Source: Podarcis gaigeae
Taxonomy: Eukaryota
Assembly: GCA_964106915.2 (NCBI GenBank)
Contig: OZ066922.1
Strand: one strand, 5' to 3'
Length of the DNA: 64,000 nucleotides
Positions 14,233-24,654 of this stretch are shown here, in pieces. How positions within the stretch are numbered: position 1 is the first letter of the stretch; every line of letters begins with the position of its first letter. A program made the translations under genes and the position numbers. The notes beneath the pieces were generated by a model. That model was not told the origin of the DNA. It saw only the letters and a list, made by a program, of their open reading frames with translations, and did not search any database.

Positions 14233-14551
14233 TGTGCCTCCCCCACCATCTTCTTTCTGCTATACCGGTCTTCATATTCCTCTTGTTTATATATACTGTT
14301 TGCCTTGAGGATTATTGTAACTAAGGCTGCATGCACTATATATTTAAAGCGCGCGCGCACACACACACACACCAGAATCCTGGAAACTAGTTTGTTAGAA
14401 GGTGCTTGGAACTGTAGCTCTATGAGGGATAAACTCTGGTCCCCAGGATTCTTGGGGTGGGTGTGCTTTAAATGTATGGTGTGTACAAAGCCTTAGATAC
14501 ATTAATTATAACACCCCATGACAATAAGGTTATAAGCTTAAGTATGAATAG

Positions 14552-14682
14552 TTCAGCCAGTACAGCACAAGACTCTTAATCTCAGAGGTTGTGGGTTCAA
14601 GCCCCATGTTGGGCAAAAGATTCCTGCATTGCAGTTGGACTAAATGACTTTTGTGGTCCCTTCCAAGTCTACAGTTCTATGA
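14552..14682 (+). mobile_element. tRNA(Lys)-like head + CR1-tail SINE
   Basis: GACTCTTAATCTCAGAGGTTGTGGGTTCAAGCCCCA (anticodon and T arms) followed by a CR1-like tail (GGTCCCTTCCAA...TTCTATGA); related copies on the minus strand at 61612-61742 and ~62911-63035. Confidence 0.7.
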
Positions 14683-16104
14683 ATTTTCCAGAGAATAGCA
14701 TATCACTTGTCTCTCCCCCCCCCATTCTTTTTTGCCCCACTTTTCTAAACAAACAATGGGCTGGGGGGGGAACCCAGGGGTCAGCCCCACCCTTGGGCCA
14801 CCCACAACAACATCCCTGCCTCTTCCTTAAGACAAGTGGTGGTATAGCTTTGGGTTGCAAAGGATGGACGCTATAACTGAAAAAAGGTTTGTTCCGTGTT
14901 GCCACAAGCTTGTGGCCAGCACTGATGGCTACATTGCTCAAAGGATAGCCAGGTTGCAGAGGTTTGTGAGTGCTGAGCAGGACACTAAAAGAGAATCAGA
15001 TTTAGTTACATTTTCAGCATTGGAAGAAAGCAGAACTCTAAAACACATTCTGAAAAGTTAATTAGAGGCCTTATTTGTTCCACATGCTTGTTAGCTTGTT
15101 ATTGAAACAGATTTTCTTTTATTTGAACATTTGGGTAAGTATAATTGACTTTAAAAGCAGTCCTGCTGAGCTGCATTTGCATAGCCTAATTAGTTTAACA
15201 TGTTCAATTTTAGCTAATACATTTTTCAAATACATCCTTGAAAGGGGTGGGTGGAGAGACAAATCTAGAAAAGTCTAACATCTGTGGCTTTAAGGTCACC
15301 AAAAAAGAGAGAGGAGGATAAGAAGTATTTATGCATGCTGACTAAGGAGAAAAAATGCAGTTTCAGGGTGTGGTAAAGAATGCATACTTGGTTCCTTCAG
15401 TGCAATGGAGAGAGTCAATCAATGTTCAAGGAATTAGGCAGCTTTAGGGTCAGATTGTAAAAATCCATAACCCGAATAATTTGAATGGGAGGGTGAGATG
15501 CAAAAAACAAAAAGTTCATAAAAGTCAATAGTACTACATGAATTCATTAGAACAAACATGGCAGGGGACCGGGCAGGATATGTGATAAAAAAAAGAGGCA
15601 CAAACTTCTAGGAAAAACAAAGAAAAGCGTGAATAAAATTTGTGGCTAAACCAAATTTCCCCTTTGGGAATTTTTTTTTGGGGGGGGGGCTGAAATAATG
15701 ACTTCTATCCAACTAAGTTCTACTCAGAGTAGACCCACTGAAAGGAATAAACCAATGTAAATAATGTCCTTTAATTTCATTGAGTCTACTCTGGTGTGTC
15801 TAACACTGTCTATAACTCAATTGCTGTAAATAAAGTAGAAATACAATACATCCCACAATATTGGGGAGAACTGTAGCCAGATGACTCGCACATCTGCTTA
15901 GTTTGCTGTCCAGATATTAAGTGTTGGTTGGCAGCTTCAAGGTCTCTCCTGTCCCCTAAGAAAATCAGATTTGAAATGGGTGCCCTTTAAACCCAGGGCC
16001 CCTTCAAATGGAGAGCTGTCCTTTGTAATGAAACAGAAAAGTAAGATTAGCACTCATGCTGAGGATAACATGCTTCTAGACACTGAGATACACAGAACAG
16101 GACC

Positions 16105-16285
16105 CAGAAAGCTGCCTTCTACAGAGTTGTAACATTGGTCCATCTCAGTATTGTGGACACTGACAGGGAATATCTTTCCAGGGTCTTGAACAAATAATAT
16201 TTCCAATCTTATCTGAAGAGGCCCGGTTTGAAGATGCCAAGATTTGAAGCATTCAAATCACTCTGCCACTGCAGTACGGTCCTTC
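16105..16285 (-). mobile_element. Degenerate tRNA-derived SINE
   Basis: Shares GAAGCTGCCTT...CATTGGTCCATCT with 42455-42635 and 56604-56760. Confidence 0.55.
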
Positions 16286-16859
16286 TCCATTTCCTGAACT
16301 AGCTTTTGTGCAATATACAAGCAAAAATCACCCATATTTGGAACACCATTTATCTGAGCTACTACTCTGGACCTTTTCAGAGGCAACCAATATATATGTA
16401 TATACGTTTAAAATGGACTACGTGGAGTATCGTGGTGCCCACCAAAATAGACCCTAAGTAGGATGGGCGCAAGAGCTGACATTTCCGTAGAAAAGAATTG
16501 GCCAGCTGTTGAGTGTGGATTACTCAAGAATAAGCACCAATAAGCAGCGTTAAAGTGGAGAATTCACTATCAATAATCACACAAAAGCATGTGGAGTCTC
16601 CATAAGGCCCTCTGTTATTTACTTAGGGGGTCATCATGCTGGAAAAGGGAAAGGGCTTTTGCTTAAAAGCAAACAGGAAAACAAACAAACAAACCCACCA
16701 ATTCATGGGGCTGTCAAATAAAATGAAATGGAATGTGAAAGTGCAAAAGTCCTTCAGCATTATAATATGGAGACAGTCTTCTAAAGCACCATCACAGCCT
16801 CACCAGGGATTTTGACACCTCCACTTGACTGAAGTTTTAATCACATCTGAATGTCATTA

Positions 16860-16873
16860 AACACACACACACA

Positions 16874-16905
<32 letters not shown>
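16860..16905. repeat. (CA)n microsatellite
   Basis: Directly visible. Confidence 0.95.
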
Positions 16906-16906
<1 letters not shown>

Positions 16907-17244
16907 CTACTGATCAGGCAATATTAGAATCAGATTTATTCATTCATTTTCAATATGTATATCCCTCTCAATAACAAAAGTTGTCTGGGCAGGTTGTAGA
17001 TGATTTAGATCATTTTCTAGCATTTCTTCAGTGTTGTGGGAGATGCTGAACCACTCGGGTAATGTAAAAATTGGAAGCCATTTAGGAGGAACAGATGATG
17101 CCAAACTTCTCATTCCATCGCTAGCTTTTAAGGCTTCCTACATTACCAGGGCAACTTTCAAACAATGCTTTATTAACCTTCCATTGTTGTAGAATTCAGC
17201 AGCTCACCAGGCAAGACAGTTTGAGCAAATAATCCTGACCTGAC

Positions 17245-17535
17245 TGCATTGACTGCCAATTAGTTTCTGGGCCCAATTCAAAGTGTTAGTTTTGACCTAT
17301 AAATCCTTAAATGGCTCAGGACCCCCAGTACCTCAAGGACTCCCTCTCCCCATATGAATCCATCCAGACCCTGCAGTCATCATCTGAGGTTGAGAGAAGA
17401 ACAACACAAGAACGGGCCTTTTCTGTCGTGGCTCCCCATTTGTGGAATGCTGTCTCCAGGGAGGTTCGCCTGACACCTTCATTACATAGCTTTAAGCACT
17501 AGGCAAAAGCTTTCGTCTATAACCAGGCATTTGGC
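17245..17535 (+). mobile_element. L2-like LINE 3' fragment (older subfamily)
   Basis: Degenerate LH(W)LPISFWAQFKVLVLTYK and RAFSVVAPHLWNA motifs. Confidence 0.7.
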
Positions 17536-17631
17536 CTTTAACTACCTGTGGCTTTTTAGAAGTGGATGGGATGTTGTTTATTTGTTTGTAGTCGCTTTGG
17601 GTCACCCTGAGCAAGACAAAGTAACTAACAA

Positions 17632-17633
<2 letters not shown>

Positions 17634-17683
<50 letters not shown>
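17634..17683. repeat. (AAT)n microsatellite
   Basis: Directly visible. Confidence 0.95.
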
Positions 17684-17684
<1 letters not shown>

Positions 17685-18966
17685 TGTCCCTTTCTCTAGG
17701 TTCTCTAGTGAAAGGAGTCTGAAGGTTGGTTAAACATTTTCTTCCCAGGTTTCAAAAGGTGCTAGTCCAACTGATACTTCTGTGATTACACATTTTAATG
17801 CTTTGCATTTGAAAGGCAAGATACCAAAAAACTTACTCTGAATACTTGGGTGCACACTAAAACCATCACCTAAAGTTTAAGTGATTCATTGAGAACCTTG
17901 TGTTAGATGGAGTTAAGTTGTTATGCAACTGTAGTTGTTCATTTAACTATCACCCAGCCTAAGCTGAAAACTTTCGAGATGCAAATTAGGCTCTGAAGCT
18001 TTTCCTCATCCTTGATCACTCCAGGTGGGAGGGAATGGTAGTAAACAGAGCAGCAGGGTACCAAAATTAAATTATCATCTCTTAAGGGAAGCTCTCTGAA
18101 GATCCTGCATATGTGTTTACATATATATGCACACCATCTCTTTGCAAAACACATTATAGTGGTCTCCCTGCTGTCCATGAAACGAGTGCAGGGTCACTCT
18201 GCTATAAGAGGTTAGAGAACTGCAAACCAGAGATTTCTATCTACTTCCCAACATCTGTATATGAAACATGCACAAAACCCTCTACGTGAAATGATAGCAT
18301 AGCAAATGCAGTTACTAAGATTGAAATCTGGTCAATTTTTTTATATGCAAAAGTCTTCAGATGAAACAAAAGGCAATTCCAAATAAATGCTGTGATTTCT
18401 CTAACGTTTGAAAGATGGCCCCTTCTAAGGATTTATATAAAGAAAGATTAAAATACATGGATTAAAAACATTTCACTAAGTCATTTTCTGCACATGATGC
18501 CAAATTCATAGTATCAGAAGATTACCCTTAAATATTACAGTTTTTATTTTGCAAATTAGGAAGGAATTTTTAAATTTGATGTAAGGTAAAAGAACCAGAC
18601 TTTTAAATAATGCAGTGAATTATTATGTATTCACCTGTGCCAGTGATGTGTGTTTTGCTTTATCTCCATGCTAATGATTAAAAGGCATGTAAATACCTTC
18701 AATCAAAGGAGTAAAAAAAAATATATTTTTTTTAAAAAATGGATTTCATTTTGCCAGTCTCTTTGGTCTCTTTTTAAAGCAACATAAGACTGCAATCTCA
18801 TATTCCTTTACCTGGGAGTAAACCCCATTGGACTTGCATAATAGTTCACCTGCATGGGATTACACTGCAATTGCTTTAGATTTGGGACAGACATAAAGTG
18901 AGCAACAGCAGACATTTCCAAGGCCGTTTCCAAGTGCCAAACAGACTGAGGAGTGCAATCCCTAAA

Positions 18967-19179
18967 GCGTGTTCTCATAAAAGAAAGAGCACGTGTTGCG
19001 GATGGGGCCGAACAAAACCCCATTTAGTTGCCAGGCCATTGATGGCAATGGGCCTGGAGCAGATTGGTTGATGTTGTTACTGGGGTAAATTTGATGTTGC
19101 CAAATTAGGGGTGGGATTAACGGCTATATAAACAGGGTCCACAGCTTTCTCTTTCTCTTTCGCTGTGGACATCGGATCT
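18967..19179 (+). repeat. Split direct repeat A1 (213 bp)
   Basis: GCGTGTTCTC...GGACATCGGATCT, identical by eye to 25721-25933. Confidence 0.96.
19061..19165 (+). promoter_or_regulatory. Putative Pol II promoter in A1
   Basis: ATTGG (reverse CCAAT) ~19063; GGGGTGGG GC/GT box ~19108; TATATAAA 19125-19132; pyrimidine initiator-like TCTCTTTC about 30 nt downstream. Confidence 0.65.
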
Positions 19180-19359
19180 TCTGTACCGGAGTGAAACAGC
19201 GAGAGAAAATTTGGTCGTATTAATCTCAGATTTTGCCTTTCTTTCCTTCCCACTTTTAATTTCTCCCCAAGCGATCTTGGTTTAAGTTAGTTACGAATTT
19301 TAGTATTGTTATTATTTAATTATCTTTCCTTCATATTGTCCTCACTTTTCTCCTTTCAG

Positions 19360-20290
19360 GGGGGGGGGCGATCGCCCGGTCCCGGCTGGCTACGGCCCGC
19401 TCTCGGCCGAGCCGCCGGTCCGGGCTGGGAAGGTTCTGCCCCCTGATCCGCGGCCTGCCGCTTCAGGGGCCTACCGCTGCAGTTGCTGCCGTATCCGCGC
19501 GCGGCAGCGGCGCAAAAGACCCCCCCCCATTTCGCTGCTGCGGTTCGTCTGTTACCCCCCTTTCTTTCCCCCCCCACCCCCTCTTTTGCTCACCCAGCGC
19601 CGCCCGAGGCCGGGCGTTTCCCCCTGGGCCTCGCTGCTGCCGCCGCTGTTGCGGGCGGCCTGCCGGGGGAGCGCCTTGATCGCCGGCCGTTTCCCCCTGG
19701 GCCGCGCTGCTGCCGCCGCTGTTGTGTGCGGCCTACTGGGGGGAGCGCCTTGATCGCCCGCGGCTGGGTTGGGCCCGGCCGGGCCTGCCGCGCCGCGCCG
19801 TAGGCGGTGCCGGCGGCGCGGGGATTGGCCCGCGGCCCGTTTCGGCGCGGTTGAGGCCTGGCGCGGCCTTGACCGCCTTCTCGTCGTGGGGCCTGTGGGT
19901 TCCCAGGGCTTGCGGCTGCGGCTGCTGCCGCACGCAGCCCGTTAGGGCCGCCTCGATCGCCCGCGCTCGGGTCGGATCCGGCCGGGCCTGCCGCGCCGTG
20001 GGCTACTTCCGGCGGCGCGGGGATCATCTGTGGGTGCCTTTAGGCTTGCGGCCCGGGGAGCGAATTTCACCCCTCCCCTCCCTCTCCCTTTCACCCCCCC
20101 CGTTCCCCTTTGGGGCCTTTGGGGGTGCCAGAGAGGGGCCGCGCAAGCCGTGAACCTTTTACCTGCCCCGCTGGGCCTTCTTACCCGGCGCTTGGGTGAA
20201 TTGAACCCTGGTTGCTGACCCAGCCTCAGTATTTGGGTGGTGATCCTCCATTTTAGGGGCAATTTTGGCGGGAGCGCCATCTTGCCCCTT
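19360..20290 (+). other. CpG-island-like GC-rich 5' leader of the element with internal degenerate repeats
   Basis: Very high GC and CpG; 73-bp tandem pair at 19615-19684 / 19688-19758; second pair at ~19752-19826 / ~19955-20025. Confidence 0.8.
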
Positions 20291-20637
20291 GTTTTAACAG
20301 TTAATAGAGGCCTCTGCTGGCCACCCTGGTAACTGGTGGCCTCTAGTGGCCGCTTTGGTATTGCAGTTTTTTTTTTTTTTTTTTTTGAATGTTACCTGCT
20401 TAGGTCTTGCTGTTATTTCCTGTTGCTTATACCATTGACCGGGCCTCAGAATACGTTAGTGGCGTTGGGTTATTCTGGTACCTGCTGGTTGTCTTAATTA
20501 TTTTTTAATTATCCGTTATTTTCGTATTGTTATTACCTTATTATTTTTACTATTATTTAGTTTTATTTAATCTTGACTTAATTTCGATTTGATTTTATCT
20601 CCTTTTGTTTGATTCTTTGTTTAAGCCAGCGGCAGGG

Positions 20638-22164
20638 ATGGCTCCAAAGAAGGCAACAAGGAAGTCGGCTCCTGCCCTCACTGCTAAGCGGCCCATAAAA
20701 GGCCCATCTCAGGCTCTGCGTTCTCCTCAACCTGGCCAGTCGTTACAACGCATTCGATCCATGGTCTCCAGTTTGGCTGGTGACCCAGTGGCCCTGGCAA
20801 GGGTAGAGGCCGAGATGGATGGGTGGATGCACCGCTCTTCAACCCCGTCGTCCTCATCTGCTATGATGAGTCCTGCCTTGGGCGCCTTGTCCCCGGTGGC
20901 ATCTTCTAGCGAAGATGATGGAGAGATATTGTTAGCCGGCGGCTCATTGCCTGATATTCAATCCGCACACCCTCCTGTCCTTCCTGTGTCGCAGGTTACG
21001 GTGGAGAGAGGTCGTGGCCATACCAGGGCTGGGGCCAGGAGGAGGGATCCAGCTCAGGAACGGGTTGTGCAGGGTTCACCTGCGCAGTCTTCTGTAGCGG
21101 GGGGTCTGGCGCCGGGTCATTCACGGTCAGTTTCTTTTCAGTCACGCCCAGGTGCGGTGCAGCAGGGTGAGGTATCAGAATCCTCAGTGGAGGACAGCCT
21201 CCCTCTTCCTCCGAAGACCTCTTCGGGGGGTCATCGCCGACGCAAGAAGAGCTCCAGGAGGCGTGCCAAGAGGAGACGTAGAGACACCTCGTCTTCTTCA
21301 TCAGGTGCGTCTACCCAGAGTTCTAGTAGTGACGAGGAAGCGCCCCTTAAGTTATACTGGGGTTTCGGGGAAACCTCGGGGCTCCCAAAATGGGTTTGGG
21401 AGCGGAGGGCGAATTCCCATAGGGCTAGGTATGGGGCGGTGCAAGACTGCCTCAAAGGGGCCCTGGTGCCTGACGTAAAGGTCTCCACCAACTCAGCCAG
21501 GGATATTATTCCGGGGGCTCACCTGTCTGCTAAATTGCGGTCCAGAATTTTGGATGGCCGTTATGTTGATATATTCAGCCTAGCCCCCCCGCTTGAAGGC
21601 CAGGAGCCCCTGGATAGGGGCCAGCCTGTACCGAAGAAACGGTCGTTCATACCAAAGTCGGATAGGACTTTTGAGCGATGGTTAGATAGTTTCCAGGTTT
21701 TTGCTGGAGTAGTGGCTGCAGCTTATCCCAGGAGATCCTTGCATCTCTGGGTGTATCTATCTATAGTCCGTTCTGCCTTCACAATGGCTGGAGAAATTGC
21801 TGCGCTAGCCTACGACCAGAATTTTAGGCGTAGGGCTGCTAAGATCCCCACGGCCCGCTGGGATCGGAAGGACTTAGACGTCTGGACCACTTATGTGGCC
21901 CCCCGCATTGATAAGAAGGCCCCTGATACACGGAAATTCAAGGTTGCCCCGACACGGTTAGGCCGTAAGCCGTTTTGCTGGGATTTTAATAAGGGCGCTT
22001 GCCCGCGGCAATCCTGCAAATACGCACATGTGTGCGAAAAGTGTTCAGGGAACCATTCGGCGTCCACGTGTTTGGGGGGCCGTCCCCCCTTTCGGAAAGG
22101 AGGGGGCTCTCAGCAGCCCCCAAAAGTCGCTGCCCAAGTCCCTGCCGCAGGAGCGGGAAAGTAG
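20638..22164 (+). CDS. Gag-like ORF1 of the Ngaro element (508 aa from ATG 20638)
   Basis: ATG in strong Kozak context (GGGATGG); the ORF-track start at 20605 is TTG. Ser/Arg-rich N-terminal half with the basic cluster HRRRKKSSRRRAKRRRR; DIRS-gag-like core (RYVDIFSL, FERWLDSF, AYDQNFRRR); C-terminal Cys/His fingers CWDFNKGACPRQSCKYAH and CEKCSGNHSASTC. Confidence 0.9.
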   Translation: MAPKKATRKSAPALTAKRPIKGPSQALRSPQPGQSLQRIRSMVSSLAGDPVALARVEAEMDGWMHRSSTPSSSSAMMSPALGALSPVASSSEDDGEILLAGGSLPDIQSAHPPVLPVSQVTVERGRGHTRAGARRRDPAQERVVQGSPAQSSVAGGLAPGHSRSVSFQSRPGAVQQGEVSESSVEDSLPLPPKTSSGGHRRRKKSSRRRAKRRRRDTSSSSSGASTQSSSSDEEAPLKLYWGFGETSGLPKWVWERRANSHRARYGAVQDCLKGALVPDVKVSTNSARDIIPGAHLSAKLRSRILDGRYVDIFSLAPPLEGQEPLDRGQPVPKKRSFIPKSDRTFERWLDSFQVFAGVVAAAYPRRSLHLWVYLSIVRSAFTMAGEIAALAYDQNFRRRAAKIPTARWDRKDLDVWTTYVAPRIDKKAPDTRKFKVAPTRLGRKPFCWDFNKGACPRQSCKYAHVCEKCSGNHSASTCLGGRPPFRKGGGSQQPPKVAAQVPAAGAGK

Positions 22165-23770
22165 CACACTATCCTCCTTAGCTTACACCCCGGTAAGGTT
22201 ACAACCGTTACTAGCATTGTTAGAGTCATATCCTGATACCAAATCGGCCTCTTATTTGCGCGAAGGTTTTTCTTTAGGTTTTAGAATCCCAGTAGTTTCC
22301 GCCCCAGTGGCTGGGAACCCTGCAAACCAAAAATCGATCAAGGATATGCCAGAGGTGGCGCGCAAGAAAATTGGAAAAGAATTGGCTTTGCGTCGCATGG
22401 CCGGTCCTTTTGCCGCCCCCCCTTTTCCCAATTTGCACATTTCACCTTTGGGTATAGTTCCCAAAAAAGCTCCGGGGGAATTCCGCTTAATCCATAACCT
22501 TTCTCATCCTATAGGCACGTCAGTAAATGACATGATTCCCCCGGAGCTTTGCTCGGTGAAATATGCTTCCCTTGATCACGCGATCAAGATGATTCGGAAA
22601 TTTGGGCCGGGCGCCTTACTGGCAAAATGCGACATCGAATCTGCATTTCGGCTGCTTCCAATTCATCCCGATGATTTTTGGTTGCTGGGATTTCAGTTCG
22701 AAGGTGGATTCTATTTTGATAAGGCTATGCCCATGGGCTGCTCAGTTGCCTGTGCGGCTTTTGAGTGTTTCAGTTCATTTTTGGAGTGGGCCTTGCGTGA
22801 AAAGACCGGACTGGGCGGAGTCACGCATTATCTCGATGATTTTTTGGTCGCCTCGGCAGGCAATACAGGGGACTGCGTGGCGTTATTGCAGGCCTTTGCT
22901 TCCTTAACGGAAGATCTGGGTGTCCCTTTAGCGGCTGGAAAGACCGAGGGTCCTTCTACGCAGCTGACCTATTTGGGTATCTTATTAGATACCGTGGCCC
23001 AAACCTCTAGCTTGCCGCCTGAGAAGATAATCAATTTGAGGAAGGTTATCAAGGATCTGGTGCCTTTAAAGAAGGTTACCTTGCGGCAGCTTCAGTCGTT
23101 GCTGGGCCACTTGAATTTTGCGTGCAGGGTGGTCTCCCCCGGGCGACCATTTTGCTCCCGCTTGGCTAAACTTACCTCGGGCTTACAAGCCCCGCATCAC
23201 AGGGTACGCCTTCCTAGTCAGGTGCGGGCTGACCTTGATATTTGGTTGGAGTTCCTGGAGGACTTCAATGGGGTGTCGTTGTGGCAGGACATTCTGAACC
23301 TACGCAACGACTTCCAGGTGCATTCTGACGCGGCCGGGTCCTTGGGGTTTGGATTGTTTTGGGACGGCAGGTGGTGTGCTGAGCGCTGGCCGCCCGCTTG
23401 GCAGGGGCAGGCTATTACTCGGGATCTAACATTTCTTGAGTTTTTTCCCATTGTAGTGGCAGTGCACTTGTGGGTCGAGCATTTCAGGGATCATCGCGTT
23501 TGTTTCTGGACTGATAACCAGGCGGTGGTGAAGGTACTGGCCAAGCAGTCTTCACGATCCCCTAGGGTATCTGCCCTTCTGCGGGCCTTCGTTCTGCATT
23601 GCTTGCGTTTTAATATTGTGTTCTCTGCTCGTTTTGTTCCGGGAATTTCTAATGAGATTGCCGATGCTCTGTCCCGTTTTCAGATGGAGCGATTCAGGTC
23701 CCTGGTGCCAGTGGCTCGAGACCGTCCGGAAATTTTCCCGGATCATCTCTGGAACCTTGGCAGAACTTAG
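22028..23770 (+). CDS. Reverse transcriptase / RNase H (ORF2)
   Basis: RT motifs ISPLGIVPKK, FRLIHNLS, KCDIESAFRLLP, MPMG, HYLDDF, YLGILLD; RNase H acidic residues in HSDAA, FLEFFP, WTDNQ, NEIADALSR; no frameshift or stop. Confidence 0.96.
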   Translation: MCAKSVQGTIRRPRVWGAVPPFGKEGALSSPQKSLPKSLPQERESSTLSSLAYTPVRLQPLLALLESYPDTKSASYLREGFSLGFRIPVVSAPVAGNPANQKSIKDMPEVARKKIGKELALRRMAGPFAAPPFPNLHISPLGIVPKKAPGEFRLIHNLSHPIGTSVNDMIPPELCSVKYASLDHAIKMIRKFGPGALLAKCDIESAFRLLPIHPDDFWLLGFQFEGGFYFDKAMPMGCSVACAAFECFSSFLEWALREKTGLGGVTHYLDDFLVASAGNTGDCVALLQAFASLTEDLGVPLAAGKTEGPSTQLTYLGILLDTVAQTSSLPPEKIINLRKVIKDLVPLKKVTLRQLQSLLGHLNFACRVVSPGRPFCSRLAKLTSGLQAPHHRVRLPSQVRADLDIWLEFLEDFNGVSLWQDILNLRNDFQVHSDAAGSLGFGLFWDGRWCAERWPPAWQGQAITRDLTFLEFFPIVVAVHLWVEHFRDHRVCFWTDNQAVVKVLAKQSSRSPRVSALLRAFVLHCLRFNIVFSARFVPGISNEIADALSRFQMERFRSLVPVARDRPEIFPDHLWNLGRT

Positions 23771-24654
23771 TTTTACAGGGAGTAGCTGCATCTGTTGCAC
23801 CCTCTACATTGAGGTCTTATGAAAAGGCCTGGTCGGATTTTTTATTATTTATTGGACAGTCTAGTGCGGAAGTTACCACCTCCCATTCCACCTCTCAGGT
23901 GCTCCGGTATTTGGCACATTTATTCCAGATGCGTCGGGCGGTTAGGACCCTACGACTGCACTCTGCAGCAATTTCCTTTTTTAACAGGGCATATTTTGAT
24001 AAAGATCCGTGTCGGAAATTTGTGGTCCGTAGGGCCTTGGAAGGATGGGGTCGACTCACTCCTTCCAGGCCCATCCCCAGACGCCCCATTACCTTTGAAT
24101 TGCTGGCACAGATGCGGTCTAAACTGCGGGGCATCTGTTGGTCCAAATTTGAGGCTCGGCTATTTTCTGCAGCCTTTTCATTAGCTTTCTTTGGGGCCCT
24201 GAGAGTCGGAGAGGTGGTCCTTGAGTCCAAACGGGATGGAGGTTCGAGGGGTTTACTGTTGCAGGACGTTACTGTGTCTGCAAGGGTCCTGCAGGTTAAT
24301 ATCAGGAATTCAAAGACGGACCAACTAGGCAGGGGCGCTGTGCTTACGCTCCCTGCGACTTGTGGAAATGGCCCTTGTCCGGTAAAAGACCTTACGAAGT
24401 ATTTAGCTTTGCGTCCCGGCGGTGAAGGGCCCCTGTTCATTCATGAGAATGGCCGCCCGCTAGTGCGACACCAGTTTACTAGTGTGTTGCGGAAAGCTGT
24501 GGCGGCTTGTGGCCTTCCGGCTCCTGAGTTTGCCCCTCACTCATTTAGGATTGGAGCTGCTACAACTGCCGCTCATTGGGGTTTATCAGTAAAGAGGATA
24601 AAGGACCTGGGACGGTGGAAATCGGATGCATTCAAAGTCTACGTACGGAAATAA
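23656..24654 (+). CDS. Tyrosine recombinase (ORF3), lacking an in-frame ATG upstream of the conserved N-terminus
   Basis: Catalytic R (GALRVGE), K (NSKTDQ), HxxR (HSFRIGAAT), W (LGRWKS) and Y (FKVYVR). The frame is open from 23656 (after TAA TGA), overlaps the RT end, and includes the DIRS-like N-terminal ASVAPSTLRSY. The ORF-track start at 23809 is TTG. Confidence 0.95.
   Translation, partial: DCRCSVPFSDGAIQVPGASGSRPSGNFPGSSLEPWQNLVLQGVAASVAPSTLRSYEKAWSDFLLFIGQSSAEVTTSHSTSQVLRYLAHLFQMRRAVRTLRLHSAAISFFNRAYFDKDPCRKFVVRRALEGWGRLTPSRPIPRRPITFELLAQMRSKLRGICWSKFEARLFSAAFSLAFFGALRVGEVVLESKRDGGSRGLLLQDVTVSARVLQVNIRNSKTDQLGRGAVLTLPATCGNGPCPVKDLTKYLALRPGGEGPLFIHENGRPLVRHQFTSVLRKAVAACGLPAPEFAPHSFRIGAATTAAHWGLSVKRIKDLGRWKSDAFKVYVRK

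Noticed and set aside
14552-14640. tRNA-like sequences (also 12821, 56700, 61670)
   Set aside because: Degenerate SINE heads joined to LINE-derived tails, not tRNA genes.
19356-20280. Several 100-145 aa Ala/Pro/Arg/Gly-rich ORFs on both strands
   Set aside because: Expected by-product of very high GC and repeats in the leader; plus-strand ones start at TTG/GTG; no recognisable domains.
23765-23780. Alternative acceptors TTTTACAG (23778) and CCGCAG (22150)
   Set aside because: Phase 0 with shorter pyrimidine tracts; kept only as alternatives to check in RNA data.
23895-24440. 181 aa antisense ORF inside YR
   Set aside because: Typical antisense shadow of a GC-rich coding region, with no motifs.
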